Below the pieces are notes generated by a model. That model made no database searches, was not told the DNA's origin, and worked only from the letters and a program-made list of their open reading frames with translations. This document shows positions 1 through 10,044 of a stretch of DNA of 64,000 bases, piece by piece; positions within the stretch are counted from its first letter, which is position 1; every line of letters begins with the position of its first letter. Source of the stretch: Chitinophagaceae bacterium (lineage in GTDB: Bacteria > Bacteroidota > Bacteroidia > Chitinophagales > Chitinophagaceae); NCBI GenBank assembly GCA_044234005.1, contig JBIIJE010000001.1:12130-76129 (forward strand), written 5' to 3'. Position numbers and translations under genes: made by a program.

Positions 1-354
1 TTTAAACTTATCGCACAAAATACACAAGCTTGTATCGATTCTATTACAAAATGTGGCATCATAGAAAATGTAGATTATGGGGTTTTTATTCCGAATGCAT
101 TTTCGCCAAATGGGGATGGTATCAATAATACGTTTCGTGCACTTTATGGTCGAAGTATCATTTTTGAAAACATGTCTATATACAACCGTTGGGGTAATTG
201 TATTTTTCAAACCACGAATCCGTTTGAAGATTGGGATGGAAAATTTAAGGGTTTAGAATGTGAAACTGGCGTTTATTTTTATATTTTCAACTACTCTAAA
301 AAAGGACAACCCGGACGAATTATCCGTAAAGGTGATTTGCACCTCATTCGATAG
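1..354 (+). CDS. T9SS type B sorting domain (gliding motility-associated C-terminal domain) protein, C-terminal fragment; 5' end lies outside the window
   Basis: Frame 1 is open from base 1 to the stop at 352-354. The translation ...VFIPNAFSPNGDGINNTFRALYG...IYNRWGNCIFQT...WDGKFKG...GVYFYIF...GDLHLIR has the residues and spacing of the Bacteroidota CHU_C / type B C-terminal sorting domain. The 60-aa ORF in the track is only the tail of this frame. Confidence 0.8.
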   Translation, partial: FKLIAQNTQACIDSITKCGIIENVDYGVFIPNAFSPNGDGINNTFRALYGRSIIFENMSIYNRWGNCIFQTTNPFEDWDGKFKGLECETGVYFYIFNYSKKGQPGRIIRKGDLHLIR

Positions 355-362
355 TTGACAAA

Positions 363-1079
363 TTATTTTATAACGAGTCTTCCGTCCTCATATTTAATCA
401 GGACATTATGCTGATTCAGTTGGCAACAATACTCCATATCATACTGTAAGTTGAATGCAGATAAGCGCAAGAAGTGTGAACTGTCCTGAATGAAACTATA
501 CAAATCTAGCTTCGCGAGTCGATACAAATGTGTAGCAGCTCTTGTACTATCGCAATTCATTTCAAAATGCTCACCAATGGCGTCGTATACCGCACCCGCG
601 AATAAGGAGTCTTCAAGATTGTACCTATCTTTCCACGAAGCACATGCTAATAAAACAGGCTTTTTTTGTTGAACTAAATATTCACATACCGCGCCTAAAT
701 TGAGAAATGAACCGGTAATAATTTCATCTGCATTGTGACACATATGAAGTAAGCGAGTCCCATTCGTTGTAGTCAATACTAAGCTCTTGCCTTCAACAAA
801 TTCTCGTGGATACTCAAGCGGAGAATTACCATGTTGTAAGCCTGGCGCCACGGCGCCGTTCCGCTCACCGGCTGTTATCGAATTACCTATTTGCTTTCCA
901 AGTTCAATACACTTATCTACATCATCAACTGGAATAATTTCTTTTGCCCCATGATGCAAGGCTGCTGATATGGTAGATGTCGCGCGAAATACATCAATGA
1001 TTACAACAATGCGATCTCGTAAATCGTATAATTGAAGCATTGATGGTGAAAAGCAAGTTTCGATAATAGGTAATGCCAT
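363..1079 (-). CDS. comB: 2-phosphosulfolactate phosphatase family protein (ComB-like)
   Basis: 238-aa ORF. The N-terminal block ...RIVVIIDVFRATSTISAALHHGAKEIIPV... and the overall length fit the ComB family. Confidence 0.75.
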   Translation of the reverse strand: MALPIIETCFSPSMLQLYDLRDRIVVIIDVFRATSTISAALHHGAKEIIPVDDVDKCIELGKQIGNSITAGERNGAVAPGLQHGNSPLEYPREFVEGKSLVLTTTNGTRLLHMCHNADEIITGSFLNLGAVCEYLVQQKKPVLLACASWKDRYNLEDSLFAGAVYDAIGEHFEMNCDSTRAATHLYRLAKLDLYSFIQDSSHFLRLSAFNLQYDMEYCCQLNQHNVLIKYEDGRLVIK

Positions 1080-1085
1080 AAATTA

Positions 1086-1727
1086 TTATTTAACAAGTGG
1101 TGCGATAAAACACGCAATAGTTTGTGCTAAAATACCAATACATAAACCAATATAAACCTCACGTGGTGTATGCTCTAAAAGTAGAAGTCGCATAGAAGCA
1201 ATGCCTCCTGTAAGTAAAAGTGTTACGCTAAAAAGCAAAAACGAATTTTGTGTATTGTAAAACATACAGCAAAGCAAAAAAGTAGTGAACCCCGACCAAG
1301 CTGATGCATGCAAACTTATTTTTAAAAATATAGTGCCTAAAAAACTAAGCACTGTGGTGAGAAAAACACCTAATAAGAATATTTGAAGCAGAATAGGCGC
1401 ATTAAATTGTTTATGAAATAACCAATACACCCAAAAATAAAACATCATAGAAGCAATTAAAGGACCTAGTCTTTCTTTATTACCTCGCATATGCATACTA
1501 TCAATAAATTTCAAACGCCATAACAAAAAGACAGTGAGTAAAGGCAGCATTACTGAGGTATAAGTTAGCGTGATAAACCACCAAGTCTTATTCTTTTCCG
1601 CAACACCTATAAAAATATTTGGGCTAAAAAAAAGTAACATGGCATAGGCATAAGCAGGCACAAACACGGGGTGAAATACAATTGACACTATTTTGGCTAT
1701 GCTGTTTTTAAAGGAATTTGTTGACAC
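1086..1727 (-). CDS. Polytopic membrane protein, possibly PAP2-type phosphatase
   Basis: 213-aa ORF with about 6 hydrophobic helices. SLHASAWSG and SMRLLLLEHTPRE loosely resemble the PSGH and SRxxxxxHxxxD/E blocks of PAP2 phosphatases. The match is weak. Confidence 0.4.
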   Translation of the reverse strand: MSTNSFKNSIAKIVSIVFHPVFVPAYAYAMLLFFSPNIFIGVAEKNKTWWFITLTYTSVMLPLLTVFLLWRLKFIDSMHMRGNKERLGPLIASMMFYFWVYWLFHKQFNAPILLQIFLLGVFLTTVLSFLGTIFLKISLHASAWSGFTTFLLCCMFYNTQNSFLLFSVTLLLTGGIASMRLLLLEHTPREVYIGLCIGILAQTIACFIAPLVK

Positions 1728-1794
1728 TAGGCAAATATAATTGAGATTATGTGTAATGCATATTCTAGATGTTGAGATAATTCAAAATTTGTAA

Positions 1795-2529
1795 TTACCT
1801 AGCCCTATCGTGTGCTGGCAAAATTATACGCGCGTTCATTTTACTACCAAAGTAATCTGCCATTTCATGGATGGTATAGCTATTCGAGATATTATGTTCT
1901 CCTATTTCTGTTCGACGCAAAGATTGTAAGTATGCCCCGCAACCCAGACTGTTTCCCAAATCATTTGCCAACGAACGAATATAGGTTCCGCTACTACACG
2001 CAATATAAAAATGCAATTCAGGTGCATGATAGGCTAGGATATCGAAAGCTGAAATATTTAATTGTCGGGACTTAACCACAACCTCTTTGCCTTGTCGTGC
2101 AAGCTCATAAATAGGCTTGCCATCTTGTTTAATAGCAGAATGAATAGGAGGAAATTGCTCGATATTACCACGAAAATTTATTAATGCATTCTCAATCGTA
2201 TTTACTTCAATATGTGAAACATCTAATTGCGAAGTTGGTAAACTTTCCAAATCGTAAGTTTCGGTTGAAGCCCCTAAATGAATAATTCCTTCATATGCTT
2301 TTGGCAGACCAATTAATGCAGTAAGTTTCTTTGTGTACTTACCAGTACAGAGTATCATTAAACCGCTCGCCAACGGATCGAGTGTGCCCGCATGACCTAT
2401 TTTGGCTTTTGTCCATTTTTTTAATTGCGCCACCACAGCAAATGAAGTCCAACCCAATGGTTTATCAATCAGTAGCATTTCGCCATCTGCAAAATTCATT
2501 TCCGACAATGCTTTTTTCATGGATGGCAA
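1795..2529 (-). CDS. truB: tRNA pseudouridine(55) synthase
   Basis: 244-aa ORF with LLIDKPLGWTSF and the catalytic block GHAGTLDPLASGLMILCTGKYTK typical of TruB. Confidence 0.9.
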   Translation of the reverse strand: MPSMKKALSEMNFADGEMLLIDKPLGWTSFAVVAQLKKWTKAKIGHAGTLDPLASGLMILCTGKYTKKLTALIGLPKAYEGIIHLGASTETYDLESLPTSQLDVSHIEVNTIENALINFRGNIEQFPPIHSAIKQDGKPIYELARQGKEVVVKSRQLNISAFDILAYHAPELHFYIACSSGTYIRSLANDLGNSLGCGAYLQSLRRTEIGEHNISNSYTIHEMADYFGSKMNARIILPAHDRAR

Positions 2530-2541
2530 ATGTACAAAAGC

Positions 2542-2577
2542 AAATGCGGTTAATGTTTGAAAACACTAACCGCATTT
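2542..2577. terminator. 11-bp-stem hairpin between the last polysaccharide-locus gene and truB; candidate (bidirectional) terminator
   Basis: AAATGCGGTTA (2542-2552) pairs perfectly with TAACCGCATTT (2567-2577) across a 14-nt loop. T-rich sequence follows on the minus-strand transcript (TTTGCTTTTGTACATTT). The hairpin lies about 160 nt downstream of the stop at 2740. Confidence 0.45.
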
Positions 2578-2739
2578 TGTGAAGTTATTATTGTAAGCTT
2601 GCAGGAATGCGAAGCGAATTATTTATTTATAAATCAAACTCAATATTTATGAAGTTAATCTTGATTGAATCATGGGTATAGACCCCATAGCAAGCTTTGG
2701 AAATAAAAGCGGAACTTCCTCGCATCGAGATTCAAAAAA

Positions 2740-3741
2740 CTAAAATTCGTGCCTCATTTTGATTTTTATAATAAAGAACTTGATTAATCCATAGAGAATA
2801 CTAAACCCTAACACCAAAGAAAAGCCTTGTAGGAAGGAAATAGGTACTGACAATATATAGATACTAATTCCAAATTGAATTGTAGCATATATACCCGCAA
2901 CAATCATATGTGGCCATTTTAATTCATTGGCAAAATACTGATACAAATGCTTACGATGTGCTTGAAAAATATTTTCCTTTAAATAAATTCGATGCACAAG
3001 TGTAAGAATTGTATCCACACCATAAAGACATAATAACAACAAATAACGTAACGAAAAATCGGTATATCCAGAAGGTTTAATTATTAAGTTGCGTTCTACA
3101 ACTTGCCATCGATGAAACATAAACCCTAGAATAAAAAAAATAACAATATATGCCATCGAAACACTGCCAACATCACCCGCGAAAAACCTTGCTTTGGTAC
3201 GAAAATTAAAAAAACCAAAAACTAATATCGACATGATGATATACGCAATCGGATTCTCAAACGGATTACCAGTTCGCATCATGAGCATGGGAACAAAAAT
3301 AGCTAACATGTATAAGCCTGTCATGCCATTAATGCCATCCATAAAATTGATAGCGTTAAGGCAACCAATAGAAATAATGTAAACAATCATCAAAAACCAA
3401 ATAGGCAAAATGCTAAACAATCCTAACTCATAAAAACATAAACTAAATGCTAAGAGGTGAAATGCTAAACGAAGCTTATTGCTAACAGGTTTAATATCGT
3501 CTGCAAAACTAATAACAGCTAGCAATATCAAACCACAAGTAAAAAATGGAAATGGGAATCCATTTAGAGAAAAGTAAACTAGCCATGCGACTGGGAAAAC
3601 GATTCCACCACCTCGTATCGTTGGCTTGGTATGCGAAGAACGTGCATTAGGCTTATCGATAATATTTAATTTATCTGCCAAATGCATATAAGAAAATGCA
3701 AATACAAATAATATAATAAAAGTAATAAAAAGTTGTAGCAT
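2740..3741 (-). CDS. Glycosyltransferase family 4 (MraY/WecA/WbpL-like) undecaprenyl-phosphate HexNAc-1-phosphate transferase; initiating transferase
   Basis: 333-aa polytopic ORF. It carries DKPNARSSHTKPTIRGGGI, NFMDGINGM and FFAGDVGS, which are characteristic of the polyprenyl-phosphate N-acetylhexosamine-1-P transferase family. Confidence 0.85.
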   Translation of the reverse strand: MLQLFITFIILFVFAFSYMHLADKLNIIDKPNARSSHTKPTIRGGGIVFPVAWLVYFSLNGFPFPFFTCGLILLAVISFADDIKPVSNKLRLAFHLLAFSLCFYELGLFSILPIWFLMIVYIISIGCLNAINFMDGINGMTGLYMLAIFVPMLMMRTGNPFENPIAYIIMSILVFGFFNFRTKARFFAGDVGSVSMAYIVIFFILGFMFHRWQVVERNLIIKPSGYTDFSLRYLLLLCLYGVDTILTLVHRIYLKENIFQAHRKHLYQYFANELKWPHMIVAGIYATIQFGISIYILSVPISFLQGFSLVLGFSILYGLIKFFIIKIKMRHEF

Positions 3742-3743
3742 TT

Positions 3744-4640
3744 TTATATCATGGCTTCAAGCACAGACTGAGATTGCCAAGCAATTTCGCGACGCGCTTT
3801 TTCATCAGAGAAGGTGAATGTGCCTGTTATTTTTTTAATTGTTCCCGAATTCACTGGCATCCATGAAAACTTATCACCTATGATGCCTAGGCATTTTCCT
3901 AACCATGAAGGAATACTTAGAATGAATCGTGCATTCAAAGCTTTTTGAATAGCAACTTCTATTTCATAAAAATTCGGATGATACCCATCTGTAATATTAT
4001 AAATACCAGATGTTGGATTGTTTTGAGGAAGCCATTGCTGAATAAGTTTCGCTATATCACTTGCTAAAACGGCACTTTTTTTTGCTTCGCCTTTAGCGAT
4101 ACGTAGGTATTTACCTTGCCGAATTGCAGATACCATTTTTCCTAAATTACCTAATGCATTAGGACCTACAACTAAGGGAAGTCGTAAAATGAGATAATTT
4201 ATATTTCTTGTCTTACACCAACTTTCTATCAGTTGCTCCGCCTCGATTTTACTTTTTGCGTATGGGGAGTTGCCTCTGAGTGGCGTTTCTTCATTCACTA
4301 ATTCTCCTTGCTCTAAACCATATACGGAAACAGAGCTTATGAAAATGAAATGAGAAATCTGCTGATGTGTTAAAGCCTCTAATAAGTTATTCGTACCTGT
4401 AACATTTACATCATAAAATGCCTTTTTTTCTTCATCCGTCTTCGGATATATATGGGCTTTTCCAGCTGCATGAATTACAGCTTGAATAGGCTTGTCTATT
4501 TGAGGAATACTTTTACTTATATCACACTGTATTAAATTCTGCGGATGACGACCTAATGAAATGATACTAAAATACTGCGCTAAATATTGGTTTAGAATAT
4601 CTCCTAAAAAACCAGATGCACCCGTTAATAAGACTTGCAT
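3744..4640 (-). CDS. NAD-dependent epimerase/dehydratase (extended SDR)
   Basis: 298-aa ORF with an N-terminal VLLTGASGFLG Rossmann motif and a YAKSK catalytic motif. Confidence 0.8.
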   Translation of the reverse strand: MQVLLTGASGFLGDILNQYLAQYFSIISLGRHPQNLIQCDISKSIPQIDKPIQAVIHAAGKAHIYPKTDEEKKAFYDVNVTGTNNLLEALTHQQISHFIFISSVSVYGLEQGELVNEETPLRGNSPYAKSKIEAEQLIESWCKTRNINYLILRLPLVVGPNALGNLGKMVSAIRQGKYLRIAKGEAKKSAVLASDIAKLIQQWLPQNNPTSGIYNITDGYHPNFYEIEVAIQKALNARFILSIPSWLGKCLGIIGDKFSWMPVNSGTIKKITGTFTFSDEKARREIAWQSQSVLEAMI

Positions 4641-4641
4641 A

Positions 4642-5877
4642 CTAAACGAATAATTGTTGATATTGATTTGCTAAATGATGAATAGCATGGTTTTGTTGAA
4701 CATAATCCTTTCCTTTTAATCCCATCACATTTCTTTCTTCTTCACTCATATTATAAAGTTTTAAAATGCCTTCCACTATTGCACCTGCAGAATCGGGTTT
4801 TACTATTAGTCCGCACCCCGACAATTCCACAGGGTCTTTTATTAAGTTGTTCGAATCAAGTATAGGTTTAGCAGACAACATATAATCAAAGTACTTATTG
4901 GCAGAAACACCATGTTTGAATAATGGCGTGTCATTTCTACCCACAAAACAAGCATCAAAATATTTCAAGATACTCTGCACCTGGTTCTTTTTTATCTTGG
5001 GTAAAAATACAATATTACCCCATGTCTTACTCTTTGCTGCTAGACTGTCCTTTAAATAACCATCACCCACGATTACAAAATAAAATCGCGTATCCTCTTT
5101 TAGTTTTTCAGCAGCCTCGACCAGATATTCTAATGCATTAGCTAAACCTAACGTACCTGTGTATCCGATTACAAACTTATTGTCTGGAATCGCAGCAATG
5201 TGCGTTTCGGGTGCCACTTGAGGTTCAAGTAAGCTATCTTCTATTCCATTCGGAATGTAATGAAAATTTACTTTTTGCTTTGCAATTTCTTCAACATGTT
5301 CCTTCGCATTTGGCAGTAAGGATACTACCGCATCACTTTTACGATAACCTAATTTTTCGAACCACGCTATAAATTTTACTGCAGGATGAGATGCATTGTA
5401 ACCACCTAACAATTGCAAGGTTAAAGGCCATATATCTCTAATTTCAAAAAGCACTTTAGATTGATATTTTTTCTTCAATTTCAATGCCGACCAAATTGGG
5501 AAAATTGGCATTGAGGAAATGATGATAGTTGTTGGCCGTCCTAAAATTGAAACAGGTAACTTCAACACATTCCAAGCAAATAGCAACATGCTCAAAAATC
5601 TTTTAACAGATTGCGGATTATATCGAGGTGTTTTTACCCAATAAAAATCAATGCCTTCATATACTTCATGTGCATACAAACCTTTTACATCTGGCAATTG
5701 TGTGAACATATGATTGTATGAACCAGAAATAATTTTGACATCATAGCCGCTCGCTTTCCAATATTTTGCAAAATAGAAATGTCGCTCACCCCAACCCGAA
5801 AGAGGTGTTCCTGCAAATTGATTGATAACCCAAATAGTACCTTTAACCATCAATAAGAGATTTGCAAATTGTTTCAC
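4642..5877 (-). CDS. GT-B glycosyltransferase (GT4 family, WbuB-like)
   Basis: 411-aa ORF lying downstream of a non-hydrolysing 2-epimerase, as WbuB-type genes do. It begins with a GT4-like N-terminus, IWVINQFAGTPLSGWGERHFYFAKY. The track ORF overlaps the upstream gene by 35 nt. An internal Met at 5850 would reduce this to 8 nt. Confidence 0.7.
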   Translation of the reverse strand: MKQFANLLLMVKGTIWVINQFAGTPLSGWGERHFYFAKYWKASGYDVKIISGSYNHMFTQLPDVKGLYAHEVYEGIDFYWVKTPRYNPQSVKRFLSMLLFAWNVLKLPVSILGRPTTIIISSMPIFPIWSALKLKKKYQSKVLFEIRDIWPLTLQLLGGYNASHPAVKFIAWFEKLGYRKSDAVVSLLPNAKEHVEEIAKQKVNFHYIPNGIEDSLLEPQVAPETHIAAIPDNKFVIGYTGTLGLANALEYLVEAAEKLKEDTRFYFVIVGDGYLKDSLAAKSKTWGNIVFLPKIKKNQVQSILKYFDACFVGRNDTPLFKHGVSANKYFDYMLSAKPILDSNNLIKDPVELSGCGLIVKPDSAGAIVEGILKLYNMSEEERNVMGLKGKDYVQQNHAIHHLANQYQQLFV

Positions 5878-6919
5878 ATGCTTTACCCATACCGTACAAA
5901 TTCTTTGGCGCAGGAAAATCCTTGTCTATATACAATTGAGCCTTTTTAATAATCAATTCGGTATTTGTACCAACTATAAAGTTATAACCATTCTCAACTA
6001 GCTCTATCCATTCAGTCTGCTCACGAGTTGTAATGCCAAACTTTCTGAAAAAGAAAGCCTCTTTTTGTAACCCTCCACTATCTGTAATTACTAAACTACA
6101 ATGTTTAAGCAACATAATCATATCAAAATAACCAACAGGGTCTATGATGGTAAAATCTGTTTGAATACGCTCGCGTTGAATAATTTGCTTAGTCCGTGGA
6201 TGGAGTGGTAAAATTACTTGCACCTCTTTTGCTAAAAAATTATAAGCATCAATAATGCTTCTTAGATTTTTCAAATCATCTGTATTCTCTGCTCTATGTA
6301 TTGTTCCTAAAATAAATTTTTCATTTTTTAGACTCAACTTCTCGACAATGCTTGATTTAAGACTTGCCATTTCAGCATAATACAATGCTGCATCTTCCAT
6401 CACGTCACCCGATTGTATTATCTTACAATTCATCAGATTAAAACCTTCACGTTGCAAATTATCAATTGCTGTTTGCGTTGGGCAAAAAAGCCAATCGCTA
6501 ATTCTATCTGTTAAAATACGGTTGATTTCTTCAGGCATAGCCATGTTGTAACTTCGCAAACCAGCCTCAACATGGGCCACTTTTACATGAAGCTTTTTAG
6601 CAGCTAAAGCACCTGCAATGGTAGAGTTTGTATCACCATATACAAGAACAGTATCAGGCTTTTCCTTGATAATAACTTCTTCGATTCCTGCAAGCATTTG
6701 TCCTGTCATCGCACCGTGTGTAAGCCCGTGTATGTTTAAATTATAATGCGGTTTTGGAATTTGCATTTCTTCAAAAAAAATATCCGACATATTGGCATCA
6801 AAATGTTGGCCTGTATGTACTATTATTTCTTGTAATCTATTATGCTTGCGTATTTCTCGCGATAAAGCGGCCGCTTTTACAAATTGTGGCCTTGCACCTA
6901 CGATGGTAATCAGTTTCAT
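5843..6919 (-). CDS. wecB: UDP-N-acetylglucosamine 2-epimerase (non-hydrolysing)
   Basis: 358-aa ORF beginning MKLITIVGARPQFVKAAAL, with YGDTNST, HVEAGLRS and DSGGLQKEA blocks of the WecB/Cap5G/FnlC epimerase family. Confidence 0.88.
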   Translation of the reverse strand: MKLITIVGARPQFVKAAALSREIRKHNRLQEIIVHTGQHFDANMSDIFFEEMQIPKPHYNLNIHGLTHGAMTGQMLAGIEEVIIKEKPDTVLVYGDTNSTIAGALAAKKLHVKVAHVEAGLRSYNMAMPEEINRILTDRISDWLFCPTQTAIDNLQREGFNLMNCKIIQSGDVMEDAALYYAEMASLKSSIVEKLSLKNEKFILGTIHRAENTDDLKNLRSIIDAYNFLAKEVQVILPLHPRTKQIIQRERIQTDFTIIDPVGYFDMIMLLKHCSLVITDSGGLQKEAFFFRKFGITTREQTEWIELVENGYNFIVGTNTELIIKKAQLYIDKDFPAPKNLYGMGKACETICKSLIDG

Positions 6920-6923
6920 AAAT

Positions 6924-8270
6924 CTATATCTGTTCTGTCAAACTATTTTTCACCAAATTATTAATAATCAATTGAGGCTTCCCCGATTTAGAAGGCGCTA
7001 TTACTTTCACCTCATGCCATTTAATTCGAATATGACTTTGTGTTTGTTCGGCAATTTTAGCTTCTATTCTTTTAAGTACACCTTGATCAAATTTATCCGA
7101 TCGAATGTATTTTACTTCTATTTCTTCCAAAACATTTTGCACAATTTGAAATTGCTTAATCTCTTCAAAAAACTCAAATATACCTGTAAAAGTGTGCACG
7201 ATTAAAGTTTTTCCATCTGTTGTTCTTATAATATCTGTATTTCTCCCAACGACTGTTTTTATCAATGGAAATTGCAAATCTCTTTGGATTGGATACTCAT
7301 TGCGCGGCAAACGAATTCCCAAATCACCTGTATCATATCTTATCAGAGGCATTGCAAAACCATCTAACTTGGTAGCAATAATTCGCCCCATTTTACCATC
7401 TTCTACGGCTTGGTTTTTGTCATCTACAAATTCGACAAATACATTTGGTACGTATTCATAAAAATAAGGTAAGTCTTTTTTCTGACCGATCATAATACCT
7501 TCATTCAACCCATAATTCTCTACAACCTTACAATGAAAGGCTTGTTCAATCTCTGTTTTGTAATGCGCAAATAATTTATCGCCTAAACTAATTGCTGTGT
7601 CAAATTGAGCTTCCACTTTATGAAGGTTAGCCACACGAGCTATTTCATATAAACTAGATGCATAACCAATCAATAATTTTTTTGGACTGCGGACTGCATC
7701 TTGTAAGGCCTTCAAAATCAAATCTTCACTTAGTCCGAATGCGTTGAAGTAATAGGTCGAAAGTAAAATATCTTTGGTTTTCTTAAGCCAACCTCTTTTA
7801 GGCGACATCCCTGTTTGAAAAATAGGTTTACCAAATTTGTATCCATTCCATTCCCACCAATTAATCAATATGGCACGAATGATAGATTGTTCTTTTTTAT
7901 CTAAATATACAGTTGAACGCAACCCGCTTGAACCACTTGATTCATACTTGATTAATTCACTCTTATTAAATTTTCTTGAAACTAAACTATCAGTATAGTC
8001 AACAGTTGTTCGTTTGTCAATGATAGGAAATTCTTTTATCCATTCATAAACATCTGCTGTATTTGATGCGTATTTTTTATAAAAACTACAGGTTCGCGAA
8101 GCATGTCTCAGCATTTTGAGTAGCTTTTCTTTTTGTAAACTATACAATTGAATTTCACTCAATGCATTATAAGTCCTTTGAAGCTTTAGCTGACTTACAA
8201 ATTCTGATTGATTAAGTTTATCACCTAACTTAAAAAAAACATTCTCTATAATATTTGCCTTTAAGCTCAT
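6924..8270 (-). CDS. Adenylate-forming enzyme of the phenylacetate-CoA ligase / CapK family
   Basis: 448-aa ORF with an ESSGSSGLRS P-loop-like adenylation motif and an IRYDTGDLG motif. Context is a capsule or O-antigen locus. Confidence 0.6.
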   Translation of the reverse strand: MSLKANIIENVFFKLGDKLNQSEFVSQLKLQRTYNALSEIQLYSLQKEKLLKMLRHASRTCSFYKKYASNTADVYEWIKEFPIIDKRTTVDYTDSLVSRKFNKSELIKYESSGSSGLRSTVYLDKKEQSIIRAILINWWEWNGYKFGKPIFQTGMSPKRGWLKKTKDILLSTYYFNAFGLSEDLILKALQDAVRSPKKLLIGYASSLYEIARVANLHKVEAQFDTAISLGDKLFAHYKTEIEQAFHCKVVENYGLNEGIMIGQKKDLPYFYEYVPNVFVEFVDDKNQAVEDGKMGRIIATKLDGFAMPLIRYDTGDLGIRLPRNEYPIQRDLQFPLIKTVVGRNTDIIRTTDGKTLIVHTFTGIFEFFEEIKQFQIVQNVLEEIEVKYIRSDKFDQGVLKRIEAKIAEQTQSHIRIKWHEVKVIAPSKSGKPQLIINNLVKNSLTEQI

Positions 8271-8275
8271 AAATA

Positions 8276-9298
8276 TTATACTGCTTTAAAATTTTTTAAT
8301 TGCAATAATTGAATCCATTTCGGTTTTATGTTATCCCAACTAAATGTTGCAGCTCGCTCAGCAGCATTTTTGCTAAGCATGTTAGCGAAATCATTTTCAG
8401 TAAATATTTTCTCAATAGCCGAAGCAAACGCCTCTTTATTAAATTGAGGAATTAGTATGATATTCTCATTATGTTTCCACAAATGTGGTATCTCACCTAC
8501 ATCAGTCGACACCATTGGAATGCCACATGCTGCTGCTTCAACCAATGCCACACCAAAACTCTCGTAAGAGGTTGTATTAATATACACTTGATGTTTTTGA
8601 TAATAAGTATACAGTTCTGTATTCGGAATAGCACCCACAACATTTACATCCTCACGACAATTTAATTGGCTTGCATAATTTAAAGTCTCCTTCAAGAGAC
8701 CTTTATCGGGACCCACCATGGAAAGCTTCGCTTGTGGAAATTTTTTCTTGACTTCACTCAAAATATCAATAGCCATTTTAGGATTATACACGGGCATAAA
8801 TCCTCTTATCCAAAGTATTGTAAACGGTTCTACTTGACTTCGATTGTATGGAAAATTTTGTAGGGCTATACTGTTAGGCATATAATGCACCTGATAATTT
8901 TTGCTATTAAAATACTTCATTAAAAACTGCGAAGGGGATTGCAAATAATCAGCACGAGAAAAAACCTGATTCACTCTTTTTGCATCGACTTCATCATACT
9001 CCTGCAACTTACCACCATGCAAAGTCATAATAATTTTTATGTTCCGCCATCTCGCTATGCGTGAAGCTATATCGGCAATAGTAAAGGCCGAGCCACTGAA
9101 TACATCGATATGCACAATATCAGCTTTTGTACATAAAATTTTTACTACAATATGAAATAATCGTAGAATTTTATTCTCAAAATGCGAGGCTAGATCGCTG
9201 CTAATAGCTTCATTCGCTAAGTTTTCAGACAAAGATTCAGAAACACCCTTTGAACCACGGTGCCTCGATAAGAAAGACCCAATCCATAAAACATGCAT
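8276..9298 (-). CDS. GT-B glycosyltransferase (GT4 family)
   Basis: 340-aa ORF with a C-terminal TSYESFGVALVEAAACGIPMVSTDVGEIP (E-x7-E type) motif. Confidence 0.75.
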   Translation of the reverse strand: MHVLWIGSFLSRHRGSKGVSESLSENLANEAISSDLASHFENKILRLFHIVVKILCTKADIVHIDVFSGSAFTIADIASRIARWRNIKIIMTLHGGKLQEYDEVDAKRVNQVFSRADYLQSPSQFLMKYFNSKNYQVHYMPNSIALQNFPYNRSQVEPFTILWIRGFMPVYNPKMAIDILSEVKKKFPQAKLSMVGPDKGLLKETLNYASQLNCREDVNVVGAIPNTELYTYYQKHQVYINTTSYESFGVALVEAAACGIPMVSTDVGEIPHLWKHNENIILIPQFNKEAFASAIEKIFTENDFANMLSKNAAERAATFSWDNIKPKWIQLLQLKNFKAV

Positions 9299-10044
9299 TA
9301 TGCAAATCGTTTTTTCAAATCAGCCACTCTAAATAAATACAAAGCCTTGTCAGGGAATTGCCCATAAGTCTCTGTGCTTTCCTCCCATAAGATATCTACT
9401 TCCTTAGGTAAATTATAGGGTTCTCTTTGCAAATTTATAGGGCGCCAATTCCCCATGCTGATATCGTAATTATGCTTGGTGATGGAAAAATTTGTGGTGA
9501 GCAAATACTTGATATTTGACTTCACTAAATTTTTAAAAAAAGCCATAATGCTTTCGTCATTAAAATGGACTAGGCAATCTCTTACCATCATAACATCAAC
9601 ATTGGGTAGTGAATCTTCGATAATATTAAGCTGAATAAAACTTCGATTTGGATTGCTGTATCTTGTATTATTATATTCAACAAGTCCCTTCACAATATCG
9701 CCACCTATATACTTTACCTCATCGAGCTTGGCATGTTGCATCCAATTAAAATCACCACAAGGAGCATCTAAGAAAGTTTCTAGTTGATGCTTCTTTAAAA
9801 AAGCAGGAAGCTTATCAATAATCACTTGTGTGTGTTTTAATATTGAGCCTTGTCCCGAAATACTTTCGTGATTATTCCAATCATTGTTATCGTAAATACC
9901 TGTGAATACTTTCTCGGCTGATACCTCTTTAGGATTTAGACGGTGTCGGAGTTTGCGCTCTGTATAGATTTTGTAGAAATACCAAACCATAGGTAAATCT
10001 TTAATTGTACGCACTATCCTACCTTTTGTAGAATTAAATTTCAT
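9298..10044 (-). CDS. Class I SAM-dependent methyltransferase (putative)
   Basis: 248-aa ORF with a FLDAPCGDFNWM motif I-like block and a downstream acidic loop (IGGDIV). Its start overlaps the upstream stop (ATGA at 10041-10044), which suggests translational coupling. Confidence 0.55.
   Translation of the reverse strand: MKFNSTKGRIVRTIKDLPMVWYFYKIYTERKLRHRLNPKEVSAEKVFTGIYDNNDWNNHESISGQGSILKHTQVIIDKLPAFLKKHQLETFLDAPCGDFNWMQHAKLDEVKYIGGDIVKGLVEYNNTRYSNPNRSFIQLNIIEDSLPNVDVMMVRDCLVHFNDESIMAFFKNLVKSNIKYLLTTNFSITKHNYDISMGNWRPINLQREPYNLPKEVDILWEESTETYGQFPDKALYLFRVADLKKRFA

Noticed and set aside
172-354. 60-aa ORF listed as a separate gene
   Set aside because: The frame is open back to base 1 and the upstream translation continues the same T9SS type B sorting domain. 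It is the tail of a larger gene truncated by the window edge.
363-1079. comB as evidence for a coenzyme M-like or sulfonolipid (sulfolactate/cysteate) pathway
   Set aside because: ComB-family phosphatases are widespread outside methanogens. No comA, comC or sulfonolipid genes are adjacent. The link to capnine-type lipids would be pure speculation.
5843-5877. 35-nt overlap between the 2-epimerase gene and the downstream WbuB-like glycosyltransferase, and a 44-nt overlap at 19311-19354
   Set aside because: These are most simply explained by over-extended start calls. Internal Met codons at 5850 and 19249 give ordinary short overlaps or gaps. This is not evidence of programmed frameshifting.
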